A stretch of 56,671 nt of DNA, the filler included, from Catajapyx aquilonaris (taxonomy: Eukaryota): assembly GCA_000934665.2 (NCBI GenBank). It is 2 parts of 2 records of this genome, joined end to end, with 100 filler letters (N's around TTAATTAATTAA, not from the genome) between each part and the next. Parts side by side here need not be neighbours in the genome. Positions count along the whole stretch, not along the records: positions 28,369 to 56,671 come from JYFJ02004934.1; 1 more part is not named here. One strand, written 5' to 3'. The first letter of the stretch is position 1. The number at the start of each line of letters is the position of its first letter. Below the pieces are notes generated by a model. That model made no database searches. It was not told where the DNA came from and was given only the letters and a program-made list of their open reading frames with translations. This document shows, piece by piece, positions 40,366-53,933 of the stretch. The translations under genes were made by a program, and so were the position numbers.

Positions 40366-40817
40366 ACCTGCCTAACTATAGGGGTGGATTCCAACCAACA
40401 AGGCGCCACGTGCGCAAAGGCCGACCACTGCCTGCAGCTATTTCCCAAAGAGTGACATGCGTGATTGTGTTCCGTAGAGGCAATCGGGCCGATTTCTCAC
40501 GGGGATTTGGGTTGCACGAGGCCCAAGGAGGAGATATTATTGGGGCAGACTCACGTTTTATAAATCGGTCGGCGGATTCGGGTCAAGAAGGCGACATGCG
40601 AAGGGGTAAAAAAAGGAGAGTCGATCTGATTTGGGAACACGGCTCAAGGTCACTTCACTATCGAGTATCTTCCAAGCGATACCCACGGTGCTATCGGCTT
40701 AACTATCGCAATCTAGACACTGTTGCCATGTCTGTAAGGCGGAAATTTAAAACATGCAAAAATTGCCATTGTCTTAAAAATGAAACAAAAATGACAACAG
40801 GTGACATTTTATTGCAT

Positions 40818-42177
40818 TCAGGCGGCTTTAATGTATGCTCTGGTGATTTTCACGTCGTCGGCTGGCCGGTCGTTGCTGTCCGTTTCCACCAGACCTATTC
40901 GTTTGACTACATGCATTCCAGAGTGGACTCGACCTGAAGTATATAAAAGATGGGTTAATACGACATCTTTTTTAGGTGCTTGCGGGAGGCTTACCAAAAA
41001 TGGCGTGTTTTCCGTCTAGCCATTGGGTTGGGGCCAGACTGATGAAGAACTGGGATCCATTGGTATTGCTGCCTGCATTTGCCATTGAGAAGATCCCTGC
41101 TCCAGTATGTTTTAGCTCCTCGTGTATTTCGTCGTCAAAGTACTTCCCGTAAATCGAGGCTCCACCACGGCCAGTGCCTGTTGGATCACCACCTGAAATC
41201 ATCAGCACACAGGAATTATTAAATGCTAATGTCCCTGCAATACGCCAATTAAAGTATGTGTCACAGAAGTTGCAATAATTTGGGACAAAAGAAGTTGTCA
41301 TAATTTGTGTGAGAAAATACAGCTCATGTGTTAAGACATGAATTACCCCATACTAAATACTGTGCCCACTCCGCAATGGCTGAAAATTACGACAATTAAA
41401 AGTTAGCTTAAAAAGCACAGATTCTGAGGTCGAAGGTCAAAATCGTTGCAAATTGACAGAATAACTCAAGACTTCAATTTTTAAAGAAGAAAAAAAAATG
41501 GTTTCTTGACTCAGGCAACGTCAGGTACACTGGCATGCTCTTCTCCAGGTGATTCTATTCTCGATTCTGGAGGAAGAAACGTCTGATTGGCATGATTCAT
41601 GGGCAAACTTCCTCACTGCACCTTCCCTTTGGCTGCATGCGTCCTCTCCCCAATCATTAGCTCTTGCCCCAATCAATAACAGAATCTCCTGAAGGGATGC
41701 TTGTCATTCAGAAATACAACTATACAAGCTATACTGCTGGCATGGTACAAAGGCCTTGGATTAGACATGCCATACCAACATCTTGCTTTCAGGCATTACG
41801 AGAATACCGCATTCCTCATAACTAAAGGTGTAACAACCCATGCCTTGAATCATGAAGTCCCGTATGATGCGATGGAACTTGGTCCCGTTGTAGTACCCCC
41901 TCCGAGCAAGCTCCGCAAAGTTCCTGCACGTGTTTGGTGCATGCTTCCAGTACAGCTCCACCGTGAGCTCACCCATACTGAAACAATGACAAACTCAAAT
42001 GAGCACAACGCATCAAAGCAACTTAGCAACATAATTATGACATGTGATTGTTACAGAATAGCTGCAACAACAGGATGTTAATGTACAGTACATCCTGGCG
42101 GTTCCGCGCAGTTGGTCTCACCTGGTTTCCAGCATAACCATCGGAGGCTGCCAACTCTTGTCCGGTATGCCCGCCAT
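40818..42177 (-). CDS. PPIL1: Peptidyl-prolyl cis-trans isomerase-like 1 (spliceosomal cyclophilin)
   Basis: Exons 42177-42122, 41977-41844, 41192-40995, 40933-40818: [48 protein letters not shown]...[20 protein letters not shown]...[29 protein letters not shown] just after the stop. Confidence 0.95.
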
Positions 42178-42787
42178 CCTTTTGATCAAGAGTTGTACAC
42201 TGTACTGTACGAAATGTTCTTACGTTTGATGTGCGTTTGATGCCGCTACCACAGACACCTCATGAACAATCTGGCGTTCGCACAAGTACTTTCACTCCCT
42301 GCCGCTAGTCCTTGAATCTAATTTCCACGCACTTTGCACAAAGATGCATTACTAATATTCTATTTTTTTTCAATTTACGTATTACATTGTCAATTTTACA
42401 GTAATTTAAAAGCCTTGACATTACCGGACATTACAATACCAATGGCGCTGGACGCATTGACGGATGGAAGGTGCACCATCACAAAGTAAATCGGAGTCAA
42501 TAGCTCCTTGGTAGTTTTGGCCACATTGTTCTGTACCTTCAAGTCAAAGAACACCTGAAAAATGTAAGCATAATTATTGTCCATGTTCCATTATTCCATG
42601 TTTCTGACAAATCTGCAGGCAAGATGTGAATTCAGTTCGAAAGAAACACTATGTGGGATCGAGTGAGATTATGACAATACTAATTTGTATCATGAATGGA
42701 TGAACTCTCTAGTTGGTGGTTCTCGAGTTCTGTCCATCATACTACGGAACTGATCTTCTTATATTCTTGTATGATTTCTCCCCCAGA
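42178..42787. promoter_or_regulatory. Likely bidirectional promoter between PPIL1 and PDCL
   Basis: Divergent start codons only 610 bp apart; a splice acceptor (ttctccccCAG) directly before the PDCL ATG implies a 5' UTR exon inside this interval. Confidence 0.5.
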
Positions 42788-44161
42788 ATGGCCACGCTGG
42801 ATGACAAGCTGCTTGGAGAGAAGCTGCATTATTACTGCAGCAGTAGTGAGAGCGATGGGGAGAGTGAGGATGAAGGCGGGTCAGGACAAGCAGGGAAGGC
42901 CTCTGCCCTGGAGACGAAAGAGCCGCCTCCGCCAGTGTGTATTCAGGAAGGAGCCAGCGTCAATGTGAGTTTGTTACGTTCAGGTCATGCAATGGCAGTG
43001 TCAGATTCTGCTTTACGGTATCTTAACTTGCATTAAATTTTTGTTTCTCTGTGCATGCAGACAGGACCAAAAGGTGTGATAACTGACTGGCAGCGATTCA
43101 AACAGCTGGAAGCAGAGAAGCGGGAAGAGCAAGAAAAGGAGAAATTGGCTCTAGCGAAGAAGCTTACTTTAACTTGTCGATCAGTGGTAGGTTTTTATAG
43201 TTTCATGCATGGTGTGGTTCACTTACGTTGGGCTTTGATTTCTAGTTGGATGAAGAGAAGGCTAAGGCAGATGAGAAGAAATTGGACGAGGATCTGGACA
43301 GGCTCTTGAATGATGATTGCCTTAACCAGTTCATGCAGAAGAGAATGGAGGACCTACTTGAATCCAGGAACAAACTGTAATTTGATAATTTTCATGCCTA
43401 GAGAGGGTATGCCCTAATTCTGCTGTGATTTTCAGTCCAAAGTTTGGGAAGGTCGTGACTCTCAATTCTGGTCAAGAATATTTGGATGCGGTAGATCAAG
43501 AGAATAAGGCAGTTACAGTAGTTATTCACATTTATGAAGATGTGAGTATTATGCTTGTTATGTAATAATTATCATTTTATGGGAATGAAGGCCTGTGGGA
43601 CTGATATAAACATTCATTCATATTATTATGCGTATTATTTTTACAGAGTGTTAAGGGATGTGAAGCTATGAATGGCTGCCTACATTGTTTGAGTCAGGAA
43701 TATCCACAAGTGAAATTCTGCAAAGTAAAAGCAACAGTTGCTGGAGTTAGCCATCGCTTTGTGAGTTATTATTCTTTTCATAATGTGTGAGTTTAGTGTT
43801 TTTGCTGTTGAAGTAATCTTTCCATTTTTGAAATGTAATTCAACTTTAGAAAATGAGTGGAGTGCCAGCCCTTTTGGTGTACAAAGGTGGACAACTCATA
43901 GGAAACTTTGTGAGGCTCAGTGACGAATTTGGTGGGGATTTCTTCGCTGTTGATGTTGAGAACTTCTTGAATGAGTGAGTATCTTTTGCTTATTTGTGCT
44001 GAATCAGCCACTTACAGTATGTCTCAACTATGGTTGAACCTAATTTTACATTTTCACTTGGCAGGCATGGAATGCTCCCAGACAAAACTTGTGTCCCACA
44101 AATTGTGTACCAAGGGAAGAGAGGAGAATCAGCTGCAGACAGTGATGATAGTGGAGAATAA
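42788..44161 (+). CDS. PDCL: Phosducin-like protein 1 (PhLP1)
   Basis: Exons 42788-42964, 43061-43186, 43246-43376, 43436-43541, 43647-43760, 43850-43974, 44065-44161; [39 protein letters not shown], thioredoxin-like VVIHIYE...YPQVKFCK...[16 protein letters not shown]. Confidence 0.93.
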
Positions 44162-45948
44162 TGATGTGTAAATTTTTCCAAGAGAGGTAACTGTTTGGCA
44201 TTTTGATTGTGATACTAAGGAGTATTAAAATAGACATGCAACAGGTGCAATGAGAAAGTGAATGATAAGACGTAAGTGTATTAATTACTAAATGGAGAGA
44301 GGAAATGCTCTCATTATTAATATTATTCATGTGTCATGTATACCGGTGTATAATTTCTGTGTTATGATATACAGAAAAATTTGTGACTGCTGTTGTGGTT
44401 GTCGTACTAGGTTAAGGTTGGGTGCAGTTTGATGTCTGAATCATGAAAGGCTTCAGTTTGGCAGTCAGTCCTTTTATTTGATGATTTATTTCGAATTCAA
44501 ATGAAAAAGTTCAAAAGTGATGTGCAGTTTGTCGGGGTAGATTTGAGATAATAACTGTCTAAGCATGGACGCAATTGTAACCCAATGAATTTTACATTGG
44601 AAATAGGTTTGCAATATGTCCAGAATGAGTACAGTGTATGAATTTTTAAAGTGCTGAGATTGAGAACAGGCATAATAATATCTTCAAGCCTTTACTGCCA
44701 CTTGAAAGAGGGATTTTTAAAAAGATAATGAGTAATAGCTCGTATGTGATTGATAAAACCATTAACATTTTGCTTCAAAGGTATTTACGAAGAGGGGAGG
44801 GAAAAAACCAACCACCCCAGTTCCAGCACCAGTGAAGAGTACTAAGATGAGCCATGCACCTGTGTTTAATGAACACTGTGTCAACTGACGTTCACTAAAT
44901 GAAATGGCCCCAACTGGGATACAGTTTATCAATGTTTATATTCATTAATTCATTACATCAAGGCATAATCCCGTAAATGGGGTAGCCAGCGACGACTAGT
45001 GTGTGCACCTAGTTCGAGACTGCTAGGAGTAATGTTTATATTACAGCATAATAATTTGGTGATGTGGTCCAACTAAAAATACTGTACAACAAAATATGTG
45101 TGAAATAGATGTACATTTTAATTCATGTATCCTAGTTCAGGCAGTTTCCTTGGTAAAAATGGGGTTCTTTTTTTTATTTTGCCCCTGCCTGGCCATATGA
45201 GGTCCTTTCCAGGGGTTGCTAACTTCAGGTCCAAGTGTCCTCTGTTTAACGGTTATTATTGGGAAAGACTAACCCTTACTGGCGTGCGGGACGCGGCGGG
45301 GGGAGTGGTGGCTGGGGGCAGCTTGGCTATATCGCAAAGGCAGATTGATTTTTTGGATTTTGGAAGGGGTATGGTGCACCAACCTAACCTAACCAAGCCT
45401 AACCTGCCTTCCTTGCGGATACAGACCGAGCGACACAGCCCTCTGCCCCCACTACCCTCCCGCCTCCCGCACGCCAGTAAGAGCAAGTACAGCCCATTAT
45501 TGTCACCATGTTGTAACCCGCATAGGCAGTGTCTTTTCATTAATGAAAGTCATGTTGTGCTTGTAACAGAAGCATGTTTTATTCCCCCTTCGTTCTATTT
45601 TTGATCCTAGCGCTGTTCCATTGGCGGTACGTGAGTCGACCACCAGGTGTCTCATAGGTCGTTGCCTGCTTCTTTGTTTGCATGCATGAGTGGGGCGGGG
45701 GAGGGGAGGGGGGAGGGGCATGGAAGGGGAGGGAGGGCAGGGAGAGCGATTCTCATAACCGCGATTGCAATTGGCTCTAAAAAATCGCTATTTCCACTAA
45801 CGATAAGAGCTCGTCGTTATCCGCTATGTGCTGAGAGTAGCGGCTATGCTTGAAAAACACGACGCGTTCATTGGAGGAGGGGGAGGGAGGGATAGGGAGG
45901 AGAGGGGAAGGAAGGAAGGAAGGGGGAGGGGTTCGGAGGAGTTGAAAA

Positions 45949-48900
45949 ATGGCGACAGAGTTTAGAGGTGTGGTGGTGTCTGCGTTGAGCGACACGGGCG
46001 AAGTGCGCCGGAGGTATGAGTTCCCGGTGGCTGCCAGGGTCTCGTACGATCCGCAGGGACTCAGCGTTGAGATCAGGAAAGGTGAGGAGCAGCATCCTTC
46101 CCTGAGAGAGAGGTGGACAGGAGACAGAGTTCGAAAGAGGGGGGATCGATCCGGGCGGGCGGGAGATCTCGTGCGGGGTCCCCCCTCCGAAAATTCGGAA
46201 CACAAAAGGAAGTGGGGGGGCCAGGCCTGGCTTAGAGGAATGGAACCTACCGTTTTTTGAACCCTTCCGCCAGCATTTGACGTGGCAGCTGATGGGAATT
46301 GTCATGTGCCTCATGACACTGTGCATGGTTGGGTAACACGGATGTTAACCAGGAGATGTGTTGACAATGCATTCACACTGTTGCAACTGTTGCATTTTAA
46401 CTCTTAACTAGTGACCTGGAAAATCCTAACACTCACGGTGACCTGGGGTGTTTAAAGACCCCAGGGGATTTTTAAAAATATAAATTGCATTTAATGATAA
46501 ATATTTGCTTTTTAATTTTTTTTACACAACACCTGCAACTGTTTTCTACAATTTGGTTTAATTTTCAACTCTCTAGCTGCCGTAGAACGGAATTAAAAAA
46601 AATCATATACCTAACTACAATATTATTAAACCTTTTATAACAAAAAAATTGCACCAGGGGTGTTGAAAGACCCCAGGTCACCAGTTAAGTGTTAAAAACT
46701 GGTTGCCGCTCTTCATGCAGTAAAGATTATTACAATTGACCACAGTCTGGGATTGGGCCAAAGGGCATTGGATGGTACAGGGATGATTGCAGGCTTTGAA
46801 CCTGCATGTGTGGGTTTTATCCTAATAACCTGACCCGACCTGACCTGTCCTTACAGAACTTGCCGTCGCCTAATCCGATTGGAATTAGGGTAGGTTGGAT
46901 TTTAGGTACAGAAAAAACACCTGCCATCTGGAGTGTGAATGATGCTGTTTAGATGTGTATGTTCTAAATTCTGGCCATCCCCAACTTGATCGGCATGACT
47001 CATTATATGCGGTAATGTGATATTATTACTATTACTGTTAACAGTGAAATTAACAATGTTGAACTGTGCTGGGGGAAAGTTTCAAGCCACATTTTAATGT
47101 TGGTTTAAATAGTAACATATTCAGCTATGAATAGGAAATGTGTACTTAGGAGAAATAACAGAGTGACTCAGGGGGAAGGATTCTGTTGCAGTCATGTTTA
47201 CACTCATGCACATTTTTTGCTAACTGCAGCTAATTTAGAATTGAAACTAGGTGCTCTCATGTTGCGTTATTTATAAATTGCTAGGTGTATTATAATTGTC
47301 ATGTTGTGCATTTCTAAATTGCTGACACAGGGTGTTCTAACTGTAATGTCTGGAGTAGTTAGCAATTTTTTGGTTCTAAGATGCTTATATTTAAGAAGTA
47401 GTTTTAGTGGGCATCAGAAGTATTATCTGGTAACACAAGGCCAAATTGAATTATCTGTTCAAAGTATGGATCACAATAAAAATTCCTGATTGGAATGGCT
47501 CAATAGAACAATTGACATAAAGACATCATTGCAAGCTTTAAAAATAACGGGTCAGAGAAAATCAATAACCATTACACATGTTTTAAAATCCACATATCAA
47601 GATTTAAGATCCTCCTGGTTGCATGTACCATTCAACGTAAGATATGCATTGGTTTGCCGATGGTATTAATGTTTTATCAATCATTCTGGCATTTTGGGGA
47701 ATAATTTCTTATTAAAAATGTTTTCAATTGTGAAAATTGAATTGGTCCAGCGTTTTTCACAATCTGTGAAGGCATGATACTGAAAAATTGCAAGTTACGA
47801 ACAGAAAAGATCAAGCTTGTAGGTATGGATTCAATAATGGGTTTAAAGATGTATGTGGCATGTTGAATTCGTATGGTACATTTGGGCTTGCAGTATTATT
47901 ACGTATTGCACAATGTGTCTTGCGACTCAATGTGCAGGGTGAGTGGCAGCTAAATATGATTGTATTGCATCAGATTGTCATTTGACATGCTGAGGAGGGC
48001 AAGGGGTCTCATTCAGCCTGTCATGTTTCTCTACTGGAAATAACTCAGCTGGTTTTTGCCAGGGAAATGCTAACAAACTGTGAGCAGTTTGCAAAGTACA
48101 TCTTGTGCACACTTGCAATTGTACCTACCTCCTGGCATGTCATATCTACAGGGGTACTACCAGACATGAGTGATTTTTTAGTACCCTGATCTATGATTAT
48201 AGTTTTTTTTTTAAGTGATATGTAATTGTCCCCCTCCCCTCCTCCCCTTTTTACAGATGTATTTGGACACAAGGAGACCTTATTAATGGAATTTCCAGTG
48301 AACAGGTCAACAGAATGTTCCAGAGTGGCCAAGAAAGGATATGTTTTCCATCTAGACCACGAGAGCATTTTGCTCACTTTCACCACAGACACAGGTGTGC
48401 ATTTTTTTAAACACCAAAGGAATAAGTGTCAATGCATGTTTTGCAACATACGGTAATGCATTTAACATGACATGTCCTCATTTTCATGTTGCAGAAAGAA
48501 GAAAATTCCATACACACTTGCAGAAAGTGAGGAATGGGAAGGAATTATCTGTTTTCTCTGATAGAACAGATGATTCATCTGCCATGCAGTATTTTCAGGT
48601 CAGTTGCATAATTTTTATTACTTGTAAATTGAGTTGCCCCTCCCCATCTTGTAAGGGAAATAAGATCCATTAGAATATCTGCACTCCAAAGAGAATGATG
48701 ACTCTTGGACAGTCATTTGTCTTACAGGAATTGTAAAAAGGATTTTGTACTCTGAAGTGGGGCTAGCGATAATGTTTTAACTTTTACGTGGAATAATATT
48801 TATGTAAGTCCCCAAACATTTGTTGTGATATTTGCCTGACCACTACTTGATCTCTGACCCATTCGTTGAGTTCCTGAAGAAATTGCTGCCCTATTTTCTG

Positions 48901-51174
48901 CAACAAACAAGCGACATTCTTAGTAAAATGTTATTAAAGTGCCATCATAATTGCTGGGAAGGGTTATTCAATATATGTGAAGCAAGAATTATTCTACTGT
49001 TCACCTGTTTTTTGTTTCAGTTTTATGGCTACCTCTCCCAGCAGCAGAACATGATGCAAGATTATATCCGTACCAGCACTTATCAACGGGCCATCCTGGC
49101 CAACTTGTCAGACTTTAAAGACAAAGTTGTCTTGGATGTCGGAGCAGGCTCTGGGATCTTGTCCTTCTTTGCAATACAGGCAGGGGCAAGAAAAGTCTAC
49201 GCGGTGGAGGCAAGCTCAATGGCATGCCATGCAGAGGTTAGTGTCTCGTTCATGAATAATTCATATGCACTTTTTTTCATAACTGGTGCAGTGTAAGGAA
49301 GAGAGTCATTCATGCCCAGTAATCAGAGTTCATTTTTTATGATTGACATTTTCTATTGACAGACATTGGTGAATGCAAATGGACTGAAGGGCAAAGTGGA
49401 AGTCCTGGCAGGGAAGATAGAAGAGATTGATATCCCAGAGAAGGTGGATGTGATAATATCAGAACCCATGGGCTACATGCTGTTCAACGAGCGAATGCTG
49501 GAAACCTATCTGCATGCTAAAAAGTGGCTGCTTCCTGGAGGAAAAATGTTTCCTACAAGGGGAGATCTGCATGTGGCCCCATTTACTGACGATGCTCTGT
49601 ACATGGAGCAATTCAACAAGGCCAACTTCTGGTACCAGCAGTGCTTTCATGGAGTTGACCTCAGCAGCCTTAGGCAGGCTGCCATGAAGGAATACTTCAG
49701 GCAGCCCATTGTGGATACCTTTGACATTCGAATTTGCATGGCAAAGTCACAGAGGCATGTCGTTGACTTCCAAATCGCCAAAGAGGAGGATTTGCATGAG
49801 ATTGGTATGTGCTTTTGGGGTGTTGATATGAACTGGGAGAAATTTTTGAAGTATTGCTACATATATTTTCTGCACATCCTTGCAGAGGTGCCCCTTGAGT
49901 TCCACCTGTTGGAGACTGGCACTGTCCACGGTTTAGCTTTCTGGTTTGACGTGGCATTCTCAGGCTCCGCGCAGACAGTATGGCTTTCCACTGCACCAAC
50001 GGAGCCACTGACTCATTGGTACCAAGTTCGCTGCTTACTGGAGAACCCAATTTTCGCCAAGCAAGGGCAACTAATCACTGGGAGAGCACTTCTCACAGCC
50101 AACAAACGTCAGAGCTACGATGTCACTATTGAGATGCAAGTTGAGGGAACTGGAGCCAGATCGTCCAACACACTTGACCTCAAGAATCCATACTTTAGGT
50201 CAGTTGTAACCTTTTGTCATTCTGACTACCTTTTACTTAATGAGTTAATATTACGGAAGTTTTTGGGGAATTTTAAAGTACTGAACTGTTTCATTTTGGT
50301 ATTCGGACAAGGCAGTAATGTTGACTATAATTTTAGGTACACTGGTCAGGCACCACAGCCTCCCCCAGGCCAGGGTCATACATCTCCGAGTGAATCCTAC
50401 TGGAACCAGCTGGATGTGCAGGGTGCCAGGCAAGGTAATGATACTTGTTGATAGCAAGTCTTACAGAGTATTAACAATAATCCTCTCCCAACTAATACGG
50501 CAGCTGTGAGTATGGTTAACGGGATAACAGTAAATGGAATGGGCGAAGTCTCTCTAGATGCCAACCAGGCTGCAGCTGCCAACCTCATACAACTCAGTAA
50601 GTTGAATGATTTAATATTTCCACTTTTATAATTTTTGGCCAATTATATCAGTGTTGTTGAGTGGCGTGTTTTACATGTGAAAAAAAAAAACTACTACTGC
50701 ACCATAAAGATGGTGGATGGATCGTTGAAGTAGGCGAGTGTGTTCAAGGTTTCGAGGGCGTTGCAGCAGCCAATCAGCATGGTCTTCATGTGGCTGCAAC
50801 TCCGTCTGCTGGGAGTCCTGGGCGGCAGAGGGTGGCTCATGGGTCGGCCACCTCAACACAAGCTGCTCAGCTCATTGGCGGGGGGATCAGCCCCTCACTG
50901 TTCACCTCATCAGTAAGTTGCATGCATCAGTGTAGCTCCCATTGATGGGTTCAAACTTTTGGCATTGGATAGACGTGCCTTTAGTCAGTGTGTAACTCAC
51001 TAATTAAGAATCACAGCTAATTTTCTTGCCTTACTCTTTCAGACACAGCAAGTAGTGCTTGGCAACACTTCTCATTATCCAGTAAATAATAGCCTCATGA
51101 TTGGAGATTATGTAACCCCAGGAAGTGTGATCCTTCCGACACAAGGAATCCACACAGCCCAGTCTTTCCGATAA
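45949..51174 (+). CDS. CARM1: Histone-arginine methyltransferase CARM1 / PRMT4
   Basis: Exons 45949-46081, 48257-48394, 48495-48598, 49021-49236, 49363-49804, 49886-50198, 50337-50434, 50504-50596, ~50749-50912 (acceptor uncertain), 51043-51174. [57 protein letters not shown]. Confidence 0.95.
46426..46695. mobile_element. piggyBac-like MITE in CARM1 intron 1
   Basis: Left TAACACTCACGGTGACCTGGGGTGTTTAAAGACCCC matches the reverse complement of right GGGGTGTTGAAAGACCCCAGGTCACCAGTTAAGTGTTAA; TTAA at the right end, CTAA at the left. Confidence 0.65.
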
Positions 51175-52543
51175 AACTGTCAAGAACTGGTATTGAAGTT
51201 GCAACTTCAGTGGTGTTTAAGAGCAATGCTGAGTGTCTGGATTGCAAGCGAGTGAGGGAGAAAGAGAGAGAGAGAAAATGGGAGTAGACGAAAAAGAGTG
51301 AAGATGAGAGAAAGCGAGACTGGTCCTTTTTTCCCCCCCCCCGTGATGAATACCACTCGACTGCATCAATCATCTATAAAAATTTCAGTCAATTTTTTTC
51401 CCCCCAAAGTGGTAATCAAGGAGTTGAGGGATGGGTCAGGCCATACGCACATATTTTGTTCATCCCCTCATTGCTGTTTGTTTTTTTCACCCACTCTTCC
51501 CCACTTTTTTAAACAAAGGCTTCTATTATTTATGCATCATTGCTCAATGTAAATTCATCCTGTCCCAAAGGTCCCAAAGTAATAACATTCCCATAAAAAC
51601 CCACCTCAAAATATGGCACAAAGAAAAATTCCATCAAGAGAGCATCCATTTGTGCTTAAAAATAATGTCTTCCCATTTTAAAAAAAGAAGAGAGAGACGA
51701 ATTGTGTGTCCGTGTGTGTAGCTTTGTTGTTCCTTTCATTAATTATATCCATAGATATTCTTTCTACTATTTTTTTGTAGCATTGAGGCTTGGTTGGAAC
51801 TCGCCAGTTAAGGAGATTAGGTCTTTTCCATGAAAAGGGCTGGTAGGATAAGTTAATCTAATAAATTTGAAACGTGAAAGGTTGTTATGGTTCAAAACGT
51901 TTGGCAGAAACCATGTTTGTCCTCTGCTGCTGTTTAACAATGCCTTGCACACAAAAAAAGGTAGAATGTGACTGCTGAGCATTAAAATTTCCTGCTCTTC
52001 CTTTCCCTTAATTGTTGCTTCAGCTTTTTATGCTCTCATAGCACGACTAAAAAAAAAAAAAAAGGATTGAACTTGACGAAATGTGTATCCCACTCCCACT
52101 GTTGTGAAGTTAGATTAGGTAGGTTGCTCCAAAGAGTTTAAGAATACTCTTTGGGTTGCTCGTTTGAAAATGTGCAGGTAAAAAAAAAAACATGAATGAT
52201 ATCCAACAATGTAAATTTATTCCTATGGAATCCTTTTTTTATTTATTTAACCTTTGTTGTTTTTTTTAAAAACGGAATGAATGATGAGAATGAAAGACGA
52301 CGAATTTAAATGCATCACACCCGTTAAGTACCGGTAGTCGATTATAGGTGTACGTTTTAATTTTATTTTTGGGCATGTACCGGGTGGAATTTCCCACACC
52401 ACGACTCACGTGTGGCTTTTTCCACAGCTAATTGTATGAGGTGATTGTAACTGCGCTGTCCAAGTTATTGGCAGAAATGTAATAAAAATGACACGTCCTG
52501 ATATCCCTGTGAACTGAATATTTGGCATGAAACGAAGCAGATT

Positions 52544-53933
52544 TCATCTTGAATAAGGATGAACCTGGGCAGCTGCTTTGATATTGGTCTTGATTGTACT
52601 TGGCGCTTTGATGCCCTGAGACACTGGAAAAAAGAAAATAAATGTATTACAACAATTCCTGGTTTGATCCATGTTGACTTTGATTAATTCTGTCAATTGC
52701 AGTTTTTAAAATTGCGAAACATTTTCGACAGAAGGAATGAGTAAGGAAAGGGCTCACTTGGTCCTGCAGATTGCTGCGGAGTTGGTGTGGCAGAAGGTGG
52801 AGGAGGTCCAGGTCTGGGAGCCATCGTTGGTTTCAGACCTTTCCCAATGCTGCAAGCGGCTATTAGAGCATGTGTGTCGGCAATTGATGAAGTCTGTGAT
52901 GCGTTGGCCCTGGCGCCTGCCTCCGTTTCCCACTCTTCACGGGTGGAGCTCACAGTATCCAGAACATTGCTCACTATCTTGTTCAGGGCATTCACTTGTT
53001 TCTGAAACAATTTGAATCTCGTCAAAGCAACATATAGTCAGCAGAGATTGCATTTTCTAACTGTTGGAAGATCAGCTACGATGATCAATTTGATGTTGTT
53101 TTTTGTCTTGTTTTTTTAAATACCCCATGACAGGGCCCGAGGCCCTCTTAGGGGGGAAGGAAAGGTTCCCGAGGGTGCTGTGCGGTAGTCATTTATGACA
53201 TACTGTAAACACCAGGCCTTTTCTCCTGGCCCTGGGCATGGTAGGGAGTGCAATTCTGCCCCAGCATGTCGGGTGAAAAGCGGAAAAAGGCCCAGCCAAG
53301 CGGAGGTGACGGGGACGGGATTTGAACCCCGGCCTCCCGCTTGGCTGGCCAGTGGCGTAAGCATTAGACCACCATGCCTCCCCAATCAATTAGATGGTTT
53401 TATTGGCATTAATGCAACTTGAAGGAAATTACCTGTATGACATCAGCATTTGACTGGCTGGCTTTCTGCTCAAGTTGTTGGTAACGTTGTTCCACCTCTG
53501 GATCTGGCTTAGTTCGCAAGTAGTCTGGGACCACATCATGGGAGAAGATGGCGATCCTTCCTTCCGTCTGCTTCAGGAGCTCCTCGTCCCTTTCCTGGCT
53601 CAAAAGCAGCGGCAGGATAATGTTGTTACGCAGCAGGGGTGTCTTATCATTGCGTAGGAGCTTAAGAAGTGTGTTAAACTGAAAGGGAAAAAGATGACGT
53701 CGACGATGTGTGATAGGAACAATTCAGTGGATCTGGGCAACACCAACTGTCTGTAACTGATCCCTCACCTGTCCAGACACAACCCCAAAGCTGTCGAGGA
53801 ACGTGGGCCAGTTGGGCGTCTCATGCTCATTCTCCAGCTTCATCAGAAGAGTCGCAACGGAACTCTTCAGGTCCCCAACCTTCTGGATAATCGGGTCCAG
53901 GGTCGTGTCCATCTTCTTCTCCAGTCCCTGCAT
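52544..53933 (-). CDS. MED8: Mediator of RNA polymerase II transcription subunit 8
   Basis: Exons 53933-53769, 53678-53433, 53001-52758, 52623-52544; LKSS..LLMKLENE...WPTFLDSFGVVSGQ, LRNNIILPLLLS..RDEELLKQTEGRIAIFSHDVVPDYLRTKPDPEVE, C-terminal IKTNIKAAAQVHPYSR. Confidence 0.93.
53096..53384 (-). mobile_element. tRNA-derived SINE (family A), apparently full length, in MED8 intron 2
   Basis: A box TGGTCTAATG, B box GGTTCAAATCC, A-rich tail; candidate TSD ATCAATTTGATG (53084-53095) / ATCAATTAGATG (53385-53396). Confidence 0.85.

Noticed and set aside
45381..45405. (AACCT)n telomere-like repeat
   Set aside because: Only about four degenerate units; common interspersed motif in insect repeats.
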